Source of the DNA: a virus
Taxonomy: Duplodnaviria > Caudoviricetes
DNA: 64,000 nucleotides
IMG/VR virus record: IMGVR_UViG_3300036783_000080
Location: 1 to 64,000 of that record
Reading direction: 5' to 3' (one strand)
Position numbers and translations under genes: made by a program
The notes under the pieces: model-generated
What the model was told of the DNA's origin: nothing
Databases searched by the model: none
Seen by the model: only the letters and a program-made list of their open reading frames with translations
In this document: positions 47,865-59,178 of the stretch, piece by piece
Numbering within the stretch: the stretch's first letter is position 1
Layout of the letters: each line of letters starts with the position of its first letter

Positions 47865-48532
47865 TATTGTACATCCTCCTTGGATAATTTAATATCGTTA
47901 AATAAGTTTACATCAGATTGAATTTGTAACGCCGCTGGAAGGTTTCCGCTGCTTCCTCCCAATCGTAACTTCGTTTCAAGAGGTTTTAGGTCAAATCCAA
48001 TTTGTACTAGGTCTTTCCAAGCGTTACTTCCACGTGGAGCGACACGAACGATTCTTGTCAGCTCTCCATGTAGCTTGTTGATAGCTTTTATATCACCATC
48101 AAATCCTTTACAGATGTCATTATACTCTTGATATAAGTCTTTGATAGATTGCGGATAATGTTTCTCAATCGTTTTCATCATCGTTTTAGGCATTCCATAA
48201 GTTCTTTCAACGTGTTGTGTGATAGCAACCTCAGCTTTTGAGTTTTTACGTTTGTATGCAAATTGACTCACGTTACTATATTCGCGTAGTTTACTCAACA
48301 TATGGTCAAAGACAAACTCTTCATCTTTCAATTTATCTTGTCCAGCAAAGAATCTCTGAGCATTTTCATCATACGCTTTCGCTTTCGGAACTAACAACGC
48401 TCTTGCTTTCTCAACCAAAGGTTTCAAAAGCTCCTCATATTTCTTTGTCACCTCAGTTTTCTTAATAGAGGATAACTGGTCAATATGGTCGTACAAATCT
48501 TGCTTCTTAATATCTCTTGGAATACTAATCAT
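47864..48532 (-). CDS. hypothetical protein
   Basis: 222 aa; AAAGGAG RBS. Confidence 0.65.
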   Translation of the reverse strand: MISIPRDIKKQDLYDHIDQLSSIKKTEVTKKYEELLKPLVEKARALLVPKAKAYDENAQRFFAGQDKLKDEEFVFDHMLSKLREYSNVSQFAYKRKNSKAEVAITQHVERTYGMPKTMMKTIEKHYPQSIKDLYQEYNDICKGFDGDIKAINKLHGELTRIVRVAPRGSNAWKDLVQIGFDLKPLETKLRLGGSSGNLPAALQIQSDVNLFNDIKLSKEDVQ

Positions 48533-48598
48533 AATAACTCTCTCCTTTCGATTTTCTACATAATAAAAGGAGCATCCTGTAAAAGATGCTCCTCTGAC

Positions 48599-49957
48599 TC
48601 ACTTATTTGATTCAAAGTTGTCAAACAAATGTTCGCACATAATAAGAGTGTAAGCCATTACAACACGAGCAAGCTCACCTCTATCCTTCTGTAACAACTC
48701 CTGCTCCATAGTTAACGAGATTGGAACGCCTTTAAAGTCAGTCAAGAACATGAGTTCTTCTTTCTTCAAGTCATTCTCATATTTCTTCAAGTCAACCTTC
48801 TTTGTAATGCCCATCTTTTCTACTGTGTTTTCACCTTCAGAAATGAACTTCTCAACTGATGTCCATTGGTGTGCTGGTCGGCAATCAAATCGGATATACT
48901 CCTGAAGAATCTCTTTCTTTTTCTTTGTTGTGATGATAGCTTCAGGTGGAATTTGTACGCTAGTGAATGTACTGTTCTTTTGACGGTTAAACCCAAAGAA
49001 TGATTTAAATTCTCTCATATTAAGAAGTTGCTCTTGTGAAACCCAAATATTAATTGTCATTATTGTCACCCTTTCCATGTAAGGCTTTCGCATAAGTAAG
49101 TACGCCTTCAAGCTCCTCCAAAGGAGATTTGAGCTGTTGTAACTCTTTTAGAGCTTTATCAACATTCTCAGTGTCAAGACCTTTCCACAGGAAGTTGTTC
49201 ACATCCTTGACAGTTTCTCCCCACTCTTCTGTAATAACGCTCATAAGCTCCAAGAGTCTTATGTAAGGCTCTTGCTTTCTCGGATTCTGTTGTTTATTCG
49301 TTGCCAATTATATCCCTCTCTTCAAATCATTTTCACATAATAAAAGGAGCAACTTGTAAAAGTTACTCCCATAAAACACCTATTCTTCTTCAAGAGCAGC
49401 TAGTGTCTGTTCACCTTCATGAATGTAGAACAAAGCTTTGCCCTGTCTTAAATCACGTTTGTCAAATTCAATTCCAAGAAGTTCCTCAAGCTCCTCCACA
49501 CGTTTGAGTTGCTCTTTGGTTGCCTTCCTATATCGTTGACTAATCTCTTTCTGAAAGAGTCTTCCTGGTTCATGGTTACTTCTCGCAGATTTTCCTTTAA
49601 ATGGTCTTTCCTGATGAACCGTCCCAAATCTTGAATACTGTTCATGATTTAACTTACTCATCCGATATCCAACCAAACAGGAACAAGTTTACCATTTCTT
49701 GTATTCTCATCAAATTGTTTCGTAGTGAACGGTGACATCTTACCAGTTCTTGAAAAATGAATACCAGCCGCTGCTGGAGTCAAAGCTTTTCCGTTAGATA
49801 CAAACATAGTCATAGTCGCAAATACATATTCCACATAGTTTTTACTTCCTTCAAGATATCCTTGAGAATTATCCTGCTCATAGTCCTTTAACTTTTCATT
49901 AACCTCTTCCACATGTTCTTGCTTCACATACCAAATCATTTCCATATCTCCTCTCAA
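48599..49957 (-). other. four hypothetical CDSs (48599-~49063, 49050-49307, 49380-49676, 49658-49957)
   Basis: Overlapping minus-strand ORFs with RBS-like sequences; starts approximate. Confidence 0.5.
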
Positions 49958-49971
49958 ACATTTATAACCTA

Positions 49972-50000
49972 ATCATATATGACGCTTCTCCAACCGTCAA
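49972..50000 (-). promoter_or_regulatory. sigma-A-type early promoter
   Basis: TTGACG-17-TATGAT. Confidence 0.7.
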
Positions 50001-50007
50001 GAAGAAT

Positions 50008-50688
50008 TTATTTGTTTTCAAGTTCAGAAAGTTTCTTGTCAAATCGGTCTACAGCAGGCGTAACCAGTTTAGCAACATCTTCCACTTTAATGACGTTGTC
50101 TGCTTGGTTAAATGGAGCGGTAACACCATCCACTGTAATGTTGAAGTTATCTAACAGTTCACCCATTCCTTGAGTCTTATGAAGTATAATATCACCACTA
50201 GTGTATAACGCCGCTTTGTTCTCTTCATCATAATGACGTCCGATACTTTCCCAAAGTTCATCTCTCAGGATGCGGTCTGCTTCTGCTTTCTCTACATCTA
50301 TAAGCTGCGGAATCATGTTATACATTACAGAAACCTCTTCAGGCTTTGTTTGGCTTAATCGTTTTAAGTGAACAAATACAACATATTCACCTTCTTTTGT
50401 TACTTCTGTAACTTCATAAACCGCTTCTAAGTTTGATGGAATCTTGACGAAAGTTCCAACAACTACATCTTTCTTTGCGTATTCTTCGTATTTAGCGTTC
50501 ACTGGGTCATTCAAGCTACTTAATGGTGTCCAACTTCTTGTAAACTGGTCAAAGAAATAAGCTGCTCCTGTCTGTTCTATTTTCAATAACTCAACAGCAC
50601 CTGCATTATTTGGGTCAGTCTTCAAAAGAAGATTCCCTGTTGTTTTCGCTTGATTTAACCAGTCTAACCAAATTGTATTTTCAGCCAT
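50008..50688 (-). CDS. hypothetical protein
   Basis: 226 aa; GAGGAGG RBS. Confidence 0.65.
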   Translation of the reverse strand: MAENTIWLDWLNQAKTTGNLLLKTDPNNAGAVELLKIEQTGAAYFFDQFTRSWTPLSSLNDPVNAKYEEYAKKDVVVGTFVKIPSNLEAVYEVTEVTKEGEYVVFVHLKRLSQTKPEEVSVMYNMIPQLIDVEKAEADRILRDELWESIGRHYDEENKAALYTSGDIILHKTQGMGELLDNFNITVDGVTAPFNQADNVIKVEDVAKLVTPAVDRFDKKLSELENK

Positions 50689-50690
50689 AA

Positions 50691-50912
50691 TTATTCCTCC
50701 TCATTTAGTTCATAGGGTTCAACAACAAGCGGCTCACTAGTATCGGCATACCATTTTTCTGCATAGTCGGCATGTTCCTTAGAAGGAAAGTGTTCAGCAT
50801 CTTCAGGTTTCTTGACATTCTTGTATTGATAAACGTAAGGGTCATAGTTACCGTTATGTTTCAGATATTCACCCGTTTCAGTGTTTTTGATTACATAAAC
50901 CTTTCTTGTCAA
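50691..50912 (-). CDS. hypothetical protein
   Basis: Start TTG 50912 after GAGGAGGG. Confidence 0.55.
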   Translation of the reverse strand: MTRKVYVIKNTETGEYLKHNGNYDPYVYQYKNVKKPEDAEHFPSKEHADYAEKWYADTSEPLVVEPYELNEEE

Positions 50913-50973
50913 ATTAATCCCTCCTCTCATAATATAATAAAAGAGCGAACCATTTAATGATTCGCTCTGTTTT

Positions 50974-51534
50974 TCATATATTAAGTTCAGGTGTTGGTCC
51001 AAGTTCAACCGTCATCCCGTATTCCTTTAATAAGTCTTTTACATCTTTCTCAGCCTTCTTCACAACTTCTTCTCTTTTCTTTGCTGGTGCGTAACAATAA
51101 CGATAGTCCAACATAATGCGGTCATAACGGTTTAAAAACTCATTCCATTCTCTTTCAACCCAAACTTCTCGGACATTCTTCACAGCAACTGGGAGACTCA
51201 TACAAGCGTTTCTTATACAAGAGTATTTATGAACTTCAAACACTTGAATGGATGCAGGTTCACAGTTTACATGTTCTTTTGTGTAAGGTTCTTTCCCTGG
51301 GACAAAACTTGGATAGTCAAGAGTTATTATCAATTTACCAGTCGTGTTATATCTTTTAACAACTTCGCACATCTGACTGTAGTTCAAATAAGCTCCTTCA
51401 ACAGTATAAAATATACTACCTTCAGTTGGAGCGTACTCAATTTTGTAGTATTTACGGAACTGTTTATGGTCTTCGTTAATACAAGTCGTTATCTTCACAT
51501 CATGAGTTTTCACTTCATCTAAGAACGATTTCAT
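50974..51534 (-). CDS. hypothetical protein
   Basis: 186-aa ORF. Confidence 0.6.
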   Translation of the reverse strand: MKSFLDEVKTHDVKITTCINEDHKQFRKYYKIEYAPTEGSIFYTVEGAYLNYSQMCEVVKRYNTTGKLIITLDYPSFVPGKEPYTKEHVNCEPASIQVFEVHKYSCIRNACMSLPVAVKNVREVWVEREWNEFLNRYDRIMLDYRYCYAPAKKREEVVKKAEKDVKDLLKEYGMTVELGPTPELNI

Positions 51535-51550
51535 TCAAAACACTTCCTTT

Positions 51551-51808
51551 CTAATCTTCATATTCCACTTTCATCTGAACTCTTCCGCTTGGACTAACAA
51601 CGAAGCCACCACAAGTACATTGAACGCCATATTCTCTTGGGTCAACCTTTGTCCAGTCGTAAGATTTATGACATTCAAAACAAAAGATGGTCATTGATTT
51701 AATCTTTCTTTCATTATTCTTAAACATATCACCATAGCAGCTCTCACAAAGTCCTAATCTATACACCTCATTCTTCTTACATTCTTGACATGTATTCATA
51801 GTATCCAC
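51551..51808 (-). CDS. Cys-rich zinc-finger-like protein
   Basis: CQEC, CESC, CFEC and CTC motifs. Confidence 0.55.
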   Translation of the reverse strand: MDTMNTCQECKKNEVYRLGLCESCYGDMFKNNERKIKSMTIFCFECHKSYDWTKVDPREYGVQCTCGGFVVSPSGRVQMKVEYED

Positions 51809-51809
51809 C

Positions 51810-52313
51810 TCATTCGTATTCTTTACAAGCCCAATGAGTACCTTTAGATATACCAGTTATAATATCATGACTGAGTTTTGTTTTTGTTACAATATCTTTC
51901 TTTTTAATTCCAGATTCTAACATAGATACAATAACGTTATACTTTTGTTTTGTCACTTTGGCTCTCGGATTAATTGAACCTTTCGGTTTAAAAGTTCTAT
52001 CTCTTTGTACAGTATCACGCACATTATCCTGTTGCGTTCCCAACTCAAGATGCCCTGGATTTATACAAAGAGAATTGTCGCATTTATGTCTTACTACCAT
52101 GTTCTTTGGGATATCTCCATTAACCAGATAATACATATAGCGATTCAAACGCCACTTTTTGGATAATCGCTTAATTGATGGATACCCTTTTTCCATACCT
52201 TTATGACTAGTACAAACCCAACAACCGTTTTCTGTTGTCTTATACTCAATTGGAAATCTTGAGTGATTCGGCTTAAATTGTTTTGCTAGTCTTGACTCAT
52301 CGACAGTAGGCAT
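51810..52313 (-). CDS. HNH homing endonuclease
   Basis: GCWV...VVRHKCDNSLCINPGHLELGTQQDN, followed by an NPRAKVT-HTH tail. Confidence 0.88.
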   Translation of the reverse strand: MPTVDESRLAKQFKPNHSRFPIEYKTTENGCWVCTSHKGMEKGYPSIKRLSKKWRLNRYMYYLVNGDIPKNMVVRHKCDNSLCINPGHLELGTQQDNVRDTVQRDRTFKPKGSINPRAKVTKQKYNVIVSMLESGIKKKDIVTKTKLSHDIITGISKGTHWACKEYE

Positions 52314-52316
52314 TTC

Positions 52317-53686
52317 TTAGTCCTCCTTGATTTTTCCTTCTACAGAGAATCCGACTTTTCTTGGTCTAATCGGTAAAAGCTCCCCAATGTTAATAAGGTG
52401 TAATAGCTTGTTATGAATATCGCATTTAATTCTGGACATTGTTTCTTCTGTATTAGGTTGTCCAACATACTTTGGATTAATCTCATCAAGAATCCCTTGG
52501 TAAACGCTATGTTTAACACCATAAAAGTCATCATTGATGTATATCTCATATACTTCTTCCCTATCCATATAAGCACCTCCTTTACATAAATAAAGAGCAG
52601 AAATGTAAAGTACACTCCTGCCCCTCATCCTTTAGGAGAACGCTGAGATGAAATTCACAATGTACACTATCAACATAATGGAGCCAATTGCTAGTGAACA
52701 AAACAGTACCGATTGAACGAAGAGAAGTGCAAACCAAGTCAAGCTCGACTGTCCTTTGCGAATATCTGCTGTTGTTCTCGCCGCTAGGAAGACAAGGAAG
52801 CCTATGACTGCGATTGAAACTATGATGTCTAGCAGGAAACTAGCAATTTTATGCATCTTCATCACCTCAAAATCAGATGTTTCTCCATAAAAGAAACTCG
52901 TCAATAATATGACGAGTCATCGGATGTTCTTATATGTCTCTATTCTCTTTTTCCTTTTCTTTAATATATTCCAGTAGCCAGATTCTCCCTTCATCTGAAT
53001 TGAGCCATTTCTTTACAATTGAGCTCACTCCTCGCACAACTTTTATGATTCCCATGTCCACAAATAGGTAACAAGGAATGAACACAGTTTGTCGCTCTCC
53101 TGTACTCATTGTAACACGTATCTCGTAACGATTGATGCCCATTCCACCCATAGCTACAATCTGAGCTTTATGAACAAACGGTTCAACCTCTGAAGCCTTG
53201 CGCAGTTTATCCTTCTTGTGATGTTTCTTAATAAGTTCTCCAAGTTCCTTCTTGAACTCTTCATTTTCAGGCTCTGCCATTTTTAACACGATTACTTGAT
53301 GTGCGTTAGGATTTCCTGATGCTCTGCGTAGTTCCGCTGTCAGCCCGTCCTCTTTGATTGTCTCGTTTATAGCAGTTAGTCCTAACTCAATAAAGGGGAT
53401 GATGTCTTTCTCTTCCTTCGTAGTGTAGATTGTCATAAGATAATTAATTGCTTTCGTACCTTTCATACCGTTTTTCCTCCCATTCATTTATAGTGTGTTT
53501 TAATGCTATAACAAAGCTGCCAAAAGCGTATATGAATAAATATCTGTCAAAGCTAGGCAACAACCAACCATAATGTATAGACAACGTTAAATCCAACGCA
53601 TAGATGAACTGCGTAACCATGAAACCGATAACTTCACAAAATAATAAGTTCTCTATGAACCTTGCTAAAAATGTTAAGAACTTCAT
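52317..53686 (-). other. four hypothetical CDSs (52317-52568, 52632-52862 membrane, 52930-~53466, 53444-53686 membrane)
   Basis: ORF track with starts adjusted to RBS positions. Confidence 0.5.
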
Positions 53687-53733
53687 ATTTGTCCTCCTTA
53701 CATAAAGAAAGAGGAAAGCAATGCTTCCCTCTC

Positions 53734-54249
53734 TTATTCGTCTTCTTCCATGCTAGTGGCGATTTCTGCTGCTGCTTCAATTAATCCTGTAAACATAGCA
53801 TTAATCTGCGGTGGAAGATTCTCAGCTGCTCTGAGAAGTCCATCTTTGTCCTCTTTTGCGGTCATAGCAAATTCTGTTAGAATACCAATCAAAATTTTTG
53901 CTGGCTTTTCAAGTAACGCTCCTTCAAGAGGTTTAACTAATTCTGTTTGAGGGTCAATTCCCATAATCTGGAAGAAGTTCTTATCACCCGTTCCAATAAT
54001 AATCAGATAGTCATCTTCATTTTCACTGTCTGTTGATAAGATATGCGTTACTTTCGCAACACCTTTTTCTATCTCTTCCGCTTCTCCATCTGGAGCGTAG
54101 TTTCCTAACACTTCTGACACATCTTCGTTAACAGGGATTAACATATCCATTTTATTCGTTTCTTTATCAATACATTGAGCACCTTGCACAAATTGTAGTA
54201 GACCAATACAACCACTTAATTTTTCCAAAGTTTGATATAACATAACCAA
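53734..54249 (-). CDS. acidic hypothetical protein
   Basis: 171 aa; AAGGAGG RBS. Confidence 0.6.
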   Translation of the reverse strand: MVMLYQTLEKLSGCIGLLQFVQGAQCIDKETNKMDMLIPVNEDVSEVLGNYAPDGEAEEIEKGVAKVTHILSTDSENEDDYLIIIGTGDKNFFQIMGIDPQTELVKPLEGALLEKPAKILIGILTEFAMTAKEDKDGLLRAAENLPPQINAMFTGLIEAAAEIATSMEEDE

Positions 54250-54257
54250 ATTCCTCC

Positions 54258-54668
54258 TTAGTTTTCCATAACTTTTTGTAACATCAAAACATAACGGTTA
54301 AATCCTGCTTCATCTCTTTCATCTAAACAAATATCAATCATCAATCTGATATCCTCTTCTTCAAGAGCTGACAAATCATCATACTTTCTTATTTGAAGCC
54401 TTTTTATGTCAGTAAGCTCAACGCTGACTGTTCGCTCTCTATCTCGTCTAGAAGGACGGACAAACTCACCGCCATTCTCACGAACTTGAACGATTTTGAA
54501 CCTCATCTTGTTAATAAAGGTTTTAGATACTTGCGCCAAGGCTTCAACACCGTGGACGTAATACTCTGGGTGATTTACAAGTATGTAATCTCCTGAACTT
54601 AATTGTTCCCTGAAAGGAATCTTCGTGTCCAAAAGTTCTTCCATATTCTTTTCCTCCCTTGTAGTCAA
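54258..54668 (-). CDS. IDEAL-domain protein
   Basis: C-terminal IRLMIDICLDERDEAGFNRY. Confidence 0.6.
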   Translation of the reverse strand: MTTREEKNMEELLDTKIPFREQLSSGDYILVNHPEYYVHGVEALAQVSKTFINKMRFKIVQVRENGGEFVRPSRRDRERTVSVELTDIKRLQIRKYDDLSALEEEDIRLMIDICLDERDEAGFNRYVLMLQKVMEN

Positions 54669-54689
54669 CTGTAACTCGCCTACAAACTT

Positions 54690-54718
54690 ATCATACTTTA
54701 CATTTTAATAGATTACAA
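54690..54718 (-). promoter_or_regulatory. sigma-A-type promoter
   Basis: TTGTAA-17-TATGAT. Confidence 0.55.
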
Positions 54719-54794
54719 GAAAAAATTTGACAATTTTGGGAATATTTTCTTGATTACAAATAAAGATGAGCAGATACATGTCTACTCATCGTTG

Positions 54795-56224
54795 TTAGGA
54801 GATTATAATTTTGTTAGCTTTATAGTAACGATGTCCATTACTTTGTTTAGATGTTACATGTGCGAACGGTATTTGTTCCCTTTTACACCAAGTTTTCAAT
54901 GCATCCTCTTCATCTTTCGCCTTAATAAATCTTTGACGTTTAACAACATTCTCTTTAATTCTAAGACCAATCATAAAGGTTTCCATATATTTCCCCTCTC
55001 CCTTATCTAAATCAAAAGAAGAAATAAAAACCTCCAACTACAACGCCAATCATAATGATTAACGACAGACAGCCGATAATTGCACGTTCAACTTTTTCAC
55101 TCATAAGATACTCACTCCCACTCGTTACTTTGGTATATGTACTCTTATTTTGTCCTGTATTGAAGGTTTTTATCCTCTTGCTTAATATAAGCCGCTTGTT
55201 GAATTACGCTCTCCTGTAGGTCAGAAACGAACGCCTGGATGACGTTTAACTGCACCGACTTCTTCAGGTGTTTCTGGGACATAAACTGCTTGGAATCCTT
55301 GTTCACGATATTGTTCAAGGGTTGTAATGCCTTGCGTTGTATATGGAATTGTTTTAACTTTTCCTTCAAGGATATAACCAGCCATCAGCTTGTCAATCTC
55401 TTGTGGTTGAATACCTTTCTTTTTCTGCTGATTCTTCATCAGCTTCCCTAAAGCAACATTAACATCTGGAGTAACCGCATAAATTTTCATATTAACTCTC
55501 CTATCGTTTATTTTTGAGTAACAAAAACCATAATACTGCACCAATTAATACTAATCCTAGTACGATTCCGACTGTTTCCACTATTATCACCTCTCATCTA
55601 AAGAAAAGAGGTAACTCAAAAGTTACCTCCCAATACTCATTCCTTTACGATACCAAGAAGCAATCTGCTCCTCAGTAACATCTCCCACAAAAGTCCTTGG
55701 TTGGACTATATCAATAAACTTTTTGATTGCTCCAAGGTTCTCTGTTTCACAATATGGAGTCCCATCTTTCTCAGTAACACAAAGAGCTACGATGTCATCA
55801 GTAAAATATATACTATATCTCATTAGATTTCCACCCCATTAAAATGACTTAAACGAATGTCTTTCATGTGGGCGTAGCTCTCAGCATTAGATTGATGACG
55901 TCCATAAGGAACAATTTTGTCATCCCAATGTACAAAATGTTCGTGTTTCTTTCCATAACCTTCTAAACGTTTTGCTTTTTCTTGTAAGTCGGGTTTCAGC
56001 CACTCTGCTTCTTCCCCTCCACGTAAAGCATACGCCAACTCAATCACCTTCAACGCAGCGTTTTCAGAAGTTACTTGGACAGCTTGCTCTGTGATGTTGT
56101 TTATAACTTCGAACTTTGTTGACTGAGTTTGAGTGATAGTATACCATTTCCAGTTCACAATAACTGGGTAGTCGTGTAATTTCTTCCCTTTTACGCCTTT
56201 AGTTGCAACCGCTGCTTTTGTCAT
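54795..56224 (-). other. cluster of small hypothetical CDSs, including a 30-aa TM peptide (55012-55104), 55221-~55490, 55623-55823 and 55823-56224
   Basis: ORF track plus manual translation. Confidence 0.5.
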
Positions 56225-56241
56225 TTTAATTCTCCTCCAAA

Positions 56242-56742
56242 TTATAAAGTTTTTACGATTTCGTTTGTATTCTTATTCACAAATTTAACAGTAATATCAT
56301 CAGATGTTACAATATGAGCTTCCTTGCCATACTCTTCGTGTGCTTTCTTTTTAACCCATCCCCAAGTTTCATACGTCACACCTTGGCCAAATGCCTGTCT
56401 TGCCTGCGGATATTGTGAACTTGGTATCCCCATTTGGTTCGCCACAGCATCCATATCCATAAACAAAGTTATCGTTTTACCTGTTTCATCAATCTCAACG
56501 TGCGTTTTCATGTAGTCCAACTGTGGTTGGTTCTTTACAGGCGTATTTACAGCCAACTGAAGGATAGCCTTGTAGTTGCGAATACGTTCTTTCAGAAGTA
56601 CTGCTTGTTCCTTTGCCTTGGAATCCTCTTTAAATCCTTGCTGTGTAGGTTTCTCTGTTGTAGTCTTCTCTGTGTTGCTACAAGCTCCCATAAGTCCCAC
56701 CGTTACTAATAAACCAATACCAACCTTTTTCCAATTTTTCAT
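56242..56742 (-). CDS. lipoprotein
   Basis: Signal peptide MKNWKKVGIGLLVTVGLMGA-C with lipobox-like end. Confidence 0.75.
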   Translation of the reverse strand: MKNWKKVGIGLLVTVGLMGACSNTEKTTTEKPTQQGFKEDSKAKEQAVLLKERIRNYKAILQLAVNTPVKNQPQLDYMKTHVEIDETGKTITLFMDMDAVANQMGIPSSQYPQARQAFGQGVTYETWGWVKKKAHEEYGKEAHIVTSDDITVKFVNKNTNEIVKTL

Positions 56743-56780
56743 TGTTATTCCTCCCCAGGATAATTAAATGAAGTTGACTT

Positions 56781-57644
56781 TCATTCAAACGCTCTGTTGT
56801 TTGCAACTTTGTATTCCGCAAGCTCTTGTGAATAATTCAAGAAAGATTCTCTGTCACCTTCGTCAATCGCTTTGTCAATAAGGAAACGCAATCTTTGTTC
56901 ACCAAATAATTTGGAAACTTCTTCCACTAGTTGGTTCACCTCCTTTCGATACTCTGGAGAAATCCTACTTGATTTGGCCATAGCATCGTGCTCTTGAATA
57001 ATGCCATTTTTGAACTCAACCTCTTTACCGTTGACTTTGACAGAACCTTCTACAATATGGGTCATTAGAGATTCAGTGATGGCATCGTCCTTCTCTCGGT
57101 ACGCAGTTAAATCATCTTCAATTTCATTCCAGAAGCTATCATTCACGTCAGGCTCACTTGAACTACTAAAAGAATGACTGTTCTGACTCATCATATTCCT
57201 CTGTTGTTCATCATATTCCGCCATTTTACGTACAACTTCAGGAGAATATTCACGTAAGTCTCGTTGATACAATCTGCGATACCTGCGAGAGTCACTAGCA
57301 TAGAATCCAAGAACAATTGTCACTTCATCTTCCTCTTTGAGCTTATCCATAAATTTGTTCATCGCAGACTTGTCCACGTGTCTGAATTTTGGTCCATCGT
57401 GTTCAATGTACTCTGCTCGACAGAATTTTCTACTTTCGTCAACATCTATAAAGATAGCAAAATCAGTATAATACGAATACACATAACGCTTAAATGTTGC
57501 GTAATTTTCTGCCACAAAAACAAATTTGACATTTTTCTTTGATATTAGTTCTCTATGTATGTCTGTGATGAACACTCGAATGCCCGTATGAATTTCTGCT
57601 TCATGTAAATAATCGTTCATTTTAAGTAATAGAGAATTTTTCAT
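56781..57644 (-). CDS. IDEAL-domain protein
   Basis: C-terminal LRFLIDKAIDEGDRESFLNYSQEL. Confidence 0.7.
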   Translation of the reverse strand: MKNSLLLKMNDYLHEAEIHTGIRVFITDIHRELISKKNVKFVFVAENYATFKRYVYSYYTDFAIFIDVDESRKFCRAEYIEHDGPKFRHVDKSAMNKFMDKLKEEDEVTIVLGFYASDSRRYRRLYQRDLREYSPEVVRKMAEYDEQQRNMMSQNSHSFSSSSEPDVNDSFWNEIEDDLTAYREKDDAITESLMTHIVEGSVKVNGKEVEFKNGIIQEHDAMAKSSRISPEYRKEVNQLVEEVSKLFGEQRLRFLIDKAIDEGDRESFLNYSQELAEYKVANNRAFE

Positions 57645-57647
57645 CTC

Positions 57648-57727
57648 AACCGCTCCTTTTCCTACTTGGTTAGTGTGTAAGAACTATCTTACAAGTTAAT
57701 CATATATTATCCTTTCCCAACGGTCAA
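57648..57727 (-). repeat. early promoter + 5' stem-loop + RBS cassette, copy 1
   Basis: TTGACC-17-TATGAT-TAACT-TGTAAGA tagt TCTTACA-CACTAACCAAGTAGGAAAAGGAGCGGTT. Confidence 0.85.
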
Positions 57728-57796
57728 GAGATATTTATGAAATTTTTGAAAATATTTTTATTCAAGAGAAAAGCGTGGATTTCTCCACGCCGCTTA

Positions 57797-58102
57797 TTAA
57801 TAAGTTAGCGCTCTACAAGGGTCACACATTAGGTTTTTATCTTTCGGTTTCGGCATACCGCATCTTGGACAATAGCAGTGTTCCGTTTCTTTAGGTTGAG
57901 AGGTACTTACAAGATGGAAATTCTTCTCTAAAGAGCTTTCAGTGTGTTTTACGTACATTTGACTATTTACAGAGATTTTATAAATGATACAATCAGCGAT
58001 AATTTCAATTTTTGTAACCGCTCCTTTGATACCTTTTTCAATACCAGTGTACCCAAGACCTTTTGATTCAACTAATGTTCCAACTAAGTATTTGTTTCTC
58101 AT
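57797..58102 (-). CDS. hypothetical protein with C-terminal Cys cluster
   Basis: 101 aa, directly after cassette copy 2. Confidence 0.6.
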   Translation of the reverse strand: MRNKYLVGTLVESKGLGYTGIEKGIKGAVTKIEIIADCIIYKISVNSQMYVKHTESSLEKNFHLVSTSQPKETEHCYCPRCGMPKPKDKNLMCDPCRALTY

Positions 58103-58106
58103 AATT

Positions 58107-58186
58107 AACCGCTCCTTTCCTACTTGGTTATTGTGTAAGAACTATCTTACAAGTTAATCATAATATAAGTATGTTCCAATAGTCAA
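58107..58186 (-). repeat. early promoter + 5' stem-loop + RBS cassette, copy 2
   Basis: TTGACT-18-TATGAT with a near-identical leader. Confidence 0.85.
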
Positions 58187-58226
58187 GTGTTTATTCTGAA
58201 AATTTGAAAATAAAAAGAGAGCCTTT

Positions 58227-58571
58227 TCAGGCTCTCCTTCTTTCCAACTCTTTACACACATTCATCTTCATCTTTATATGAGGGTTACTAACCAATTCTT
58301 TTTCCGTATGATTATCATCTTTGAACAACCTCCCATATTTATGTTCGTAGTATAGAAAGAACGGTAATGAAGCAACAATCCCTAAAACGAGTGTTCCGCA
58401 AGCTATAAGGAGAAAATTGATAGACAGTTCTCCCAGGCTGTTCGTATACCACCAGAATCCTTCTGTAAAGAATCCTTTTGATAAATACGTCAAGAGAGGA
58501 AATGTCACCGCTCCTGCGCCAAATAGAACACTTAAACTCAACGCTTGTAACTTTGTTTCTTTATCCATCAT
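58227..58571 (-). CDS. membrane protein
   Basis: Two hydrophobic segments; GGGAGG RBS. Confidence 0.6.
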   Translation of the reverse strand: MMDKETKLQALSLSVLFGAGAVTFPLLTYLSKGFFTEGFWWYTNSLGELSINFLLIACGTLVLGIVASLPFFLYYEHKYGRLFKDDNHTEKELVSNPHIKMKMNVCKELERRRA

Positions 58572-58633
58572 ATTTCCTCCCTATAGCTTGATTTATAAGA
58601 GGAGAAGCCGCTTTGACCTCGCCTCAATTTAAT

Positions 58634-58837
58634 TTATCGAACGTCAACCCAACGCATCATAACTTGTAACGCTTCATCATAACTGTTTGAAGATGTTACT
58701 TCATTTTGGAACTGTTCAATCTCCTCTTTAGAGATTTTATTTCTGCGCATCGCTTTCGATACAATCCCCATAAGGTTGAAAACATTTCCATCTTCCCCAA
58801 TTAATTTTACTTCAATTCCAGTTTTGCTTTTACTCAT
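58634..58837 (-). CDS. small phage protein
   Basis: LIGEDGNVFNLMG...SYDEAL; GGGAGCGG RBS. Confidence 0.6.
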   Translation of the reverse strand: MSKSKTGIEVKLIGEDGNVFNLMGIVSKAMRRNKISKEEIEQFQNEVTSSNSYDEALQVMMRWVDVR

Positions 58838-58856
58838 TCCAATCCGCTCCCTTTTA

Positions 58857-59174
58857 TTAGTAGTTTAAGATTCCAACATATCGGCAGTAGTCATAACCTT
58901 GAGTGTCAACCGCAACTGTTTCATATCCATTTGTTACTACCAACACGCGGTCTTGCTTCCATTTGCGATTATGTTTTCTACAGATTTCACTGTCTTTCAT
59001 AAAGTTGTTAACGAATAGTTCAAAAGAATCATGATTCAACTTTACAATTTCTCCCACAGCCAACTTTGTTGTTTCAAAATTTGACTTGCTTTCATAAGAC
59101 CTTTGTAACTCATCAAAGTTTCTAAGTTTACTAAACATTTTGACTTGAATTTTCTGACCAACTTTTAGTCTCAT
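58857..59174 (-). CDS. hypothetical protein
   Basis: 105 aa ending VDTQGYDYCRYVG, directly after cassette copy 3. Confidence 0.6.
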   Translation of the reverse strand: MRLKVGQKIQVKMFSKLRNFDELQRSYESKSNFETTKLAVGEIVKLNHDSFELFVNNFMKDSEICRKHNRKWKQDRVLVVTNGYETVAVDTQGYDYCRYVGILNY

Positions 59175-59178
59175 AATT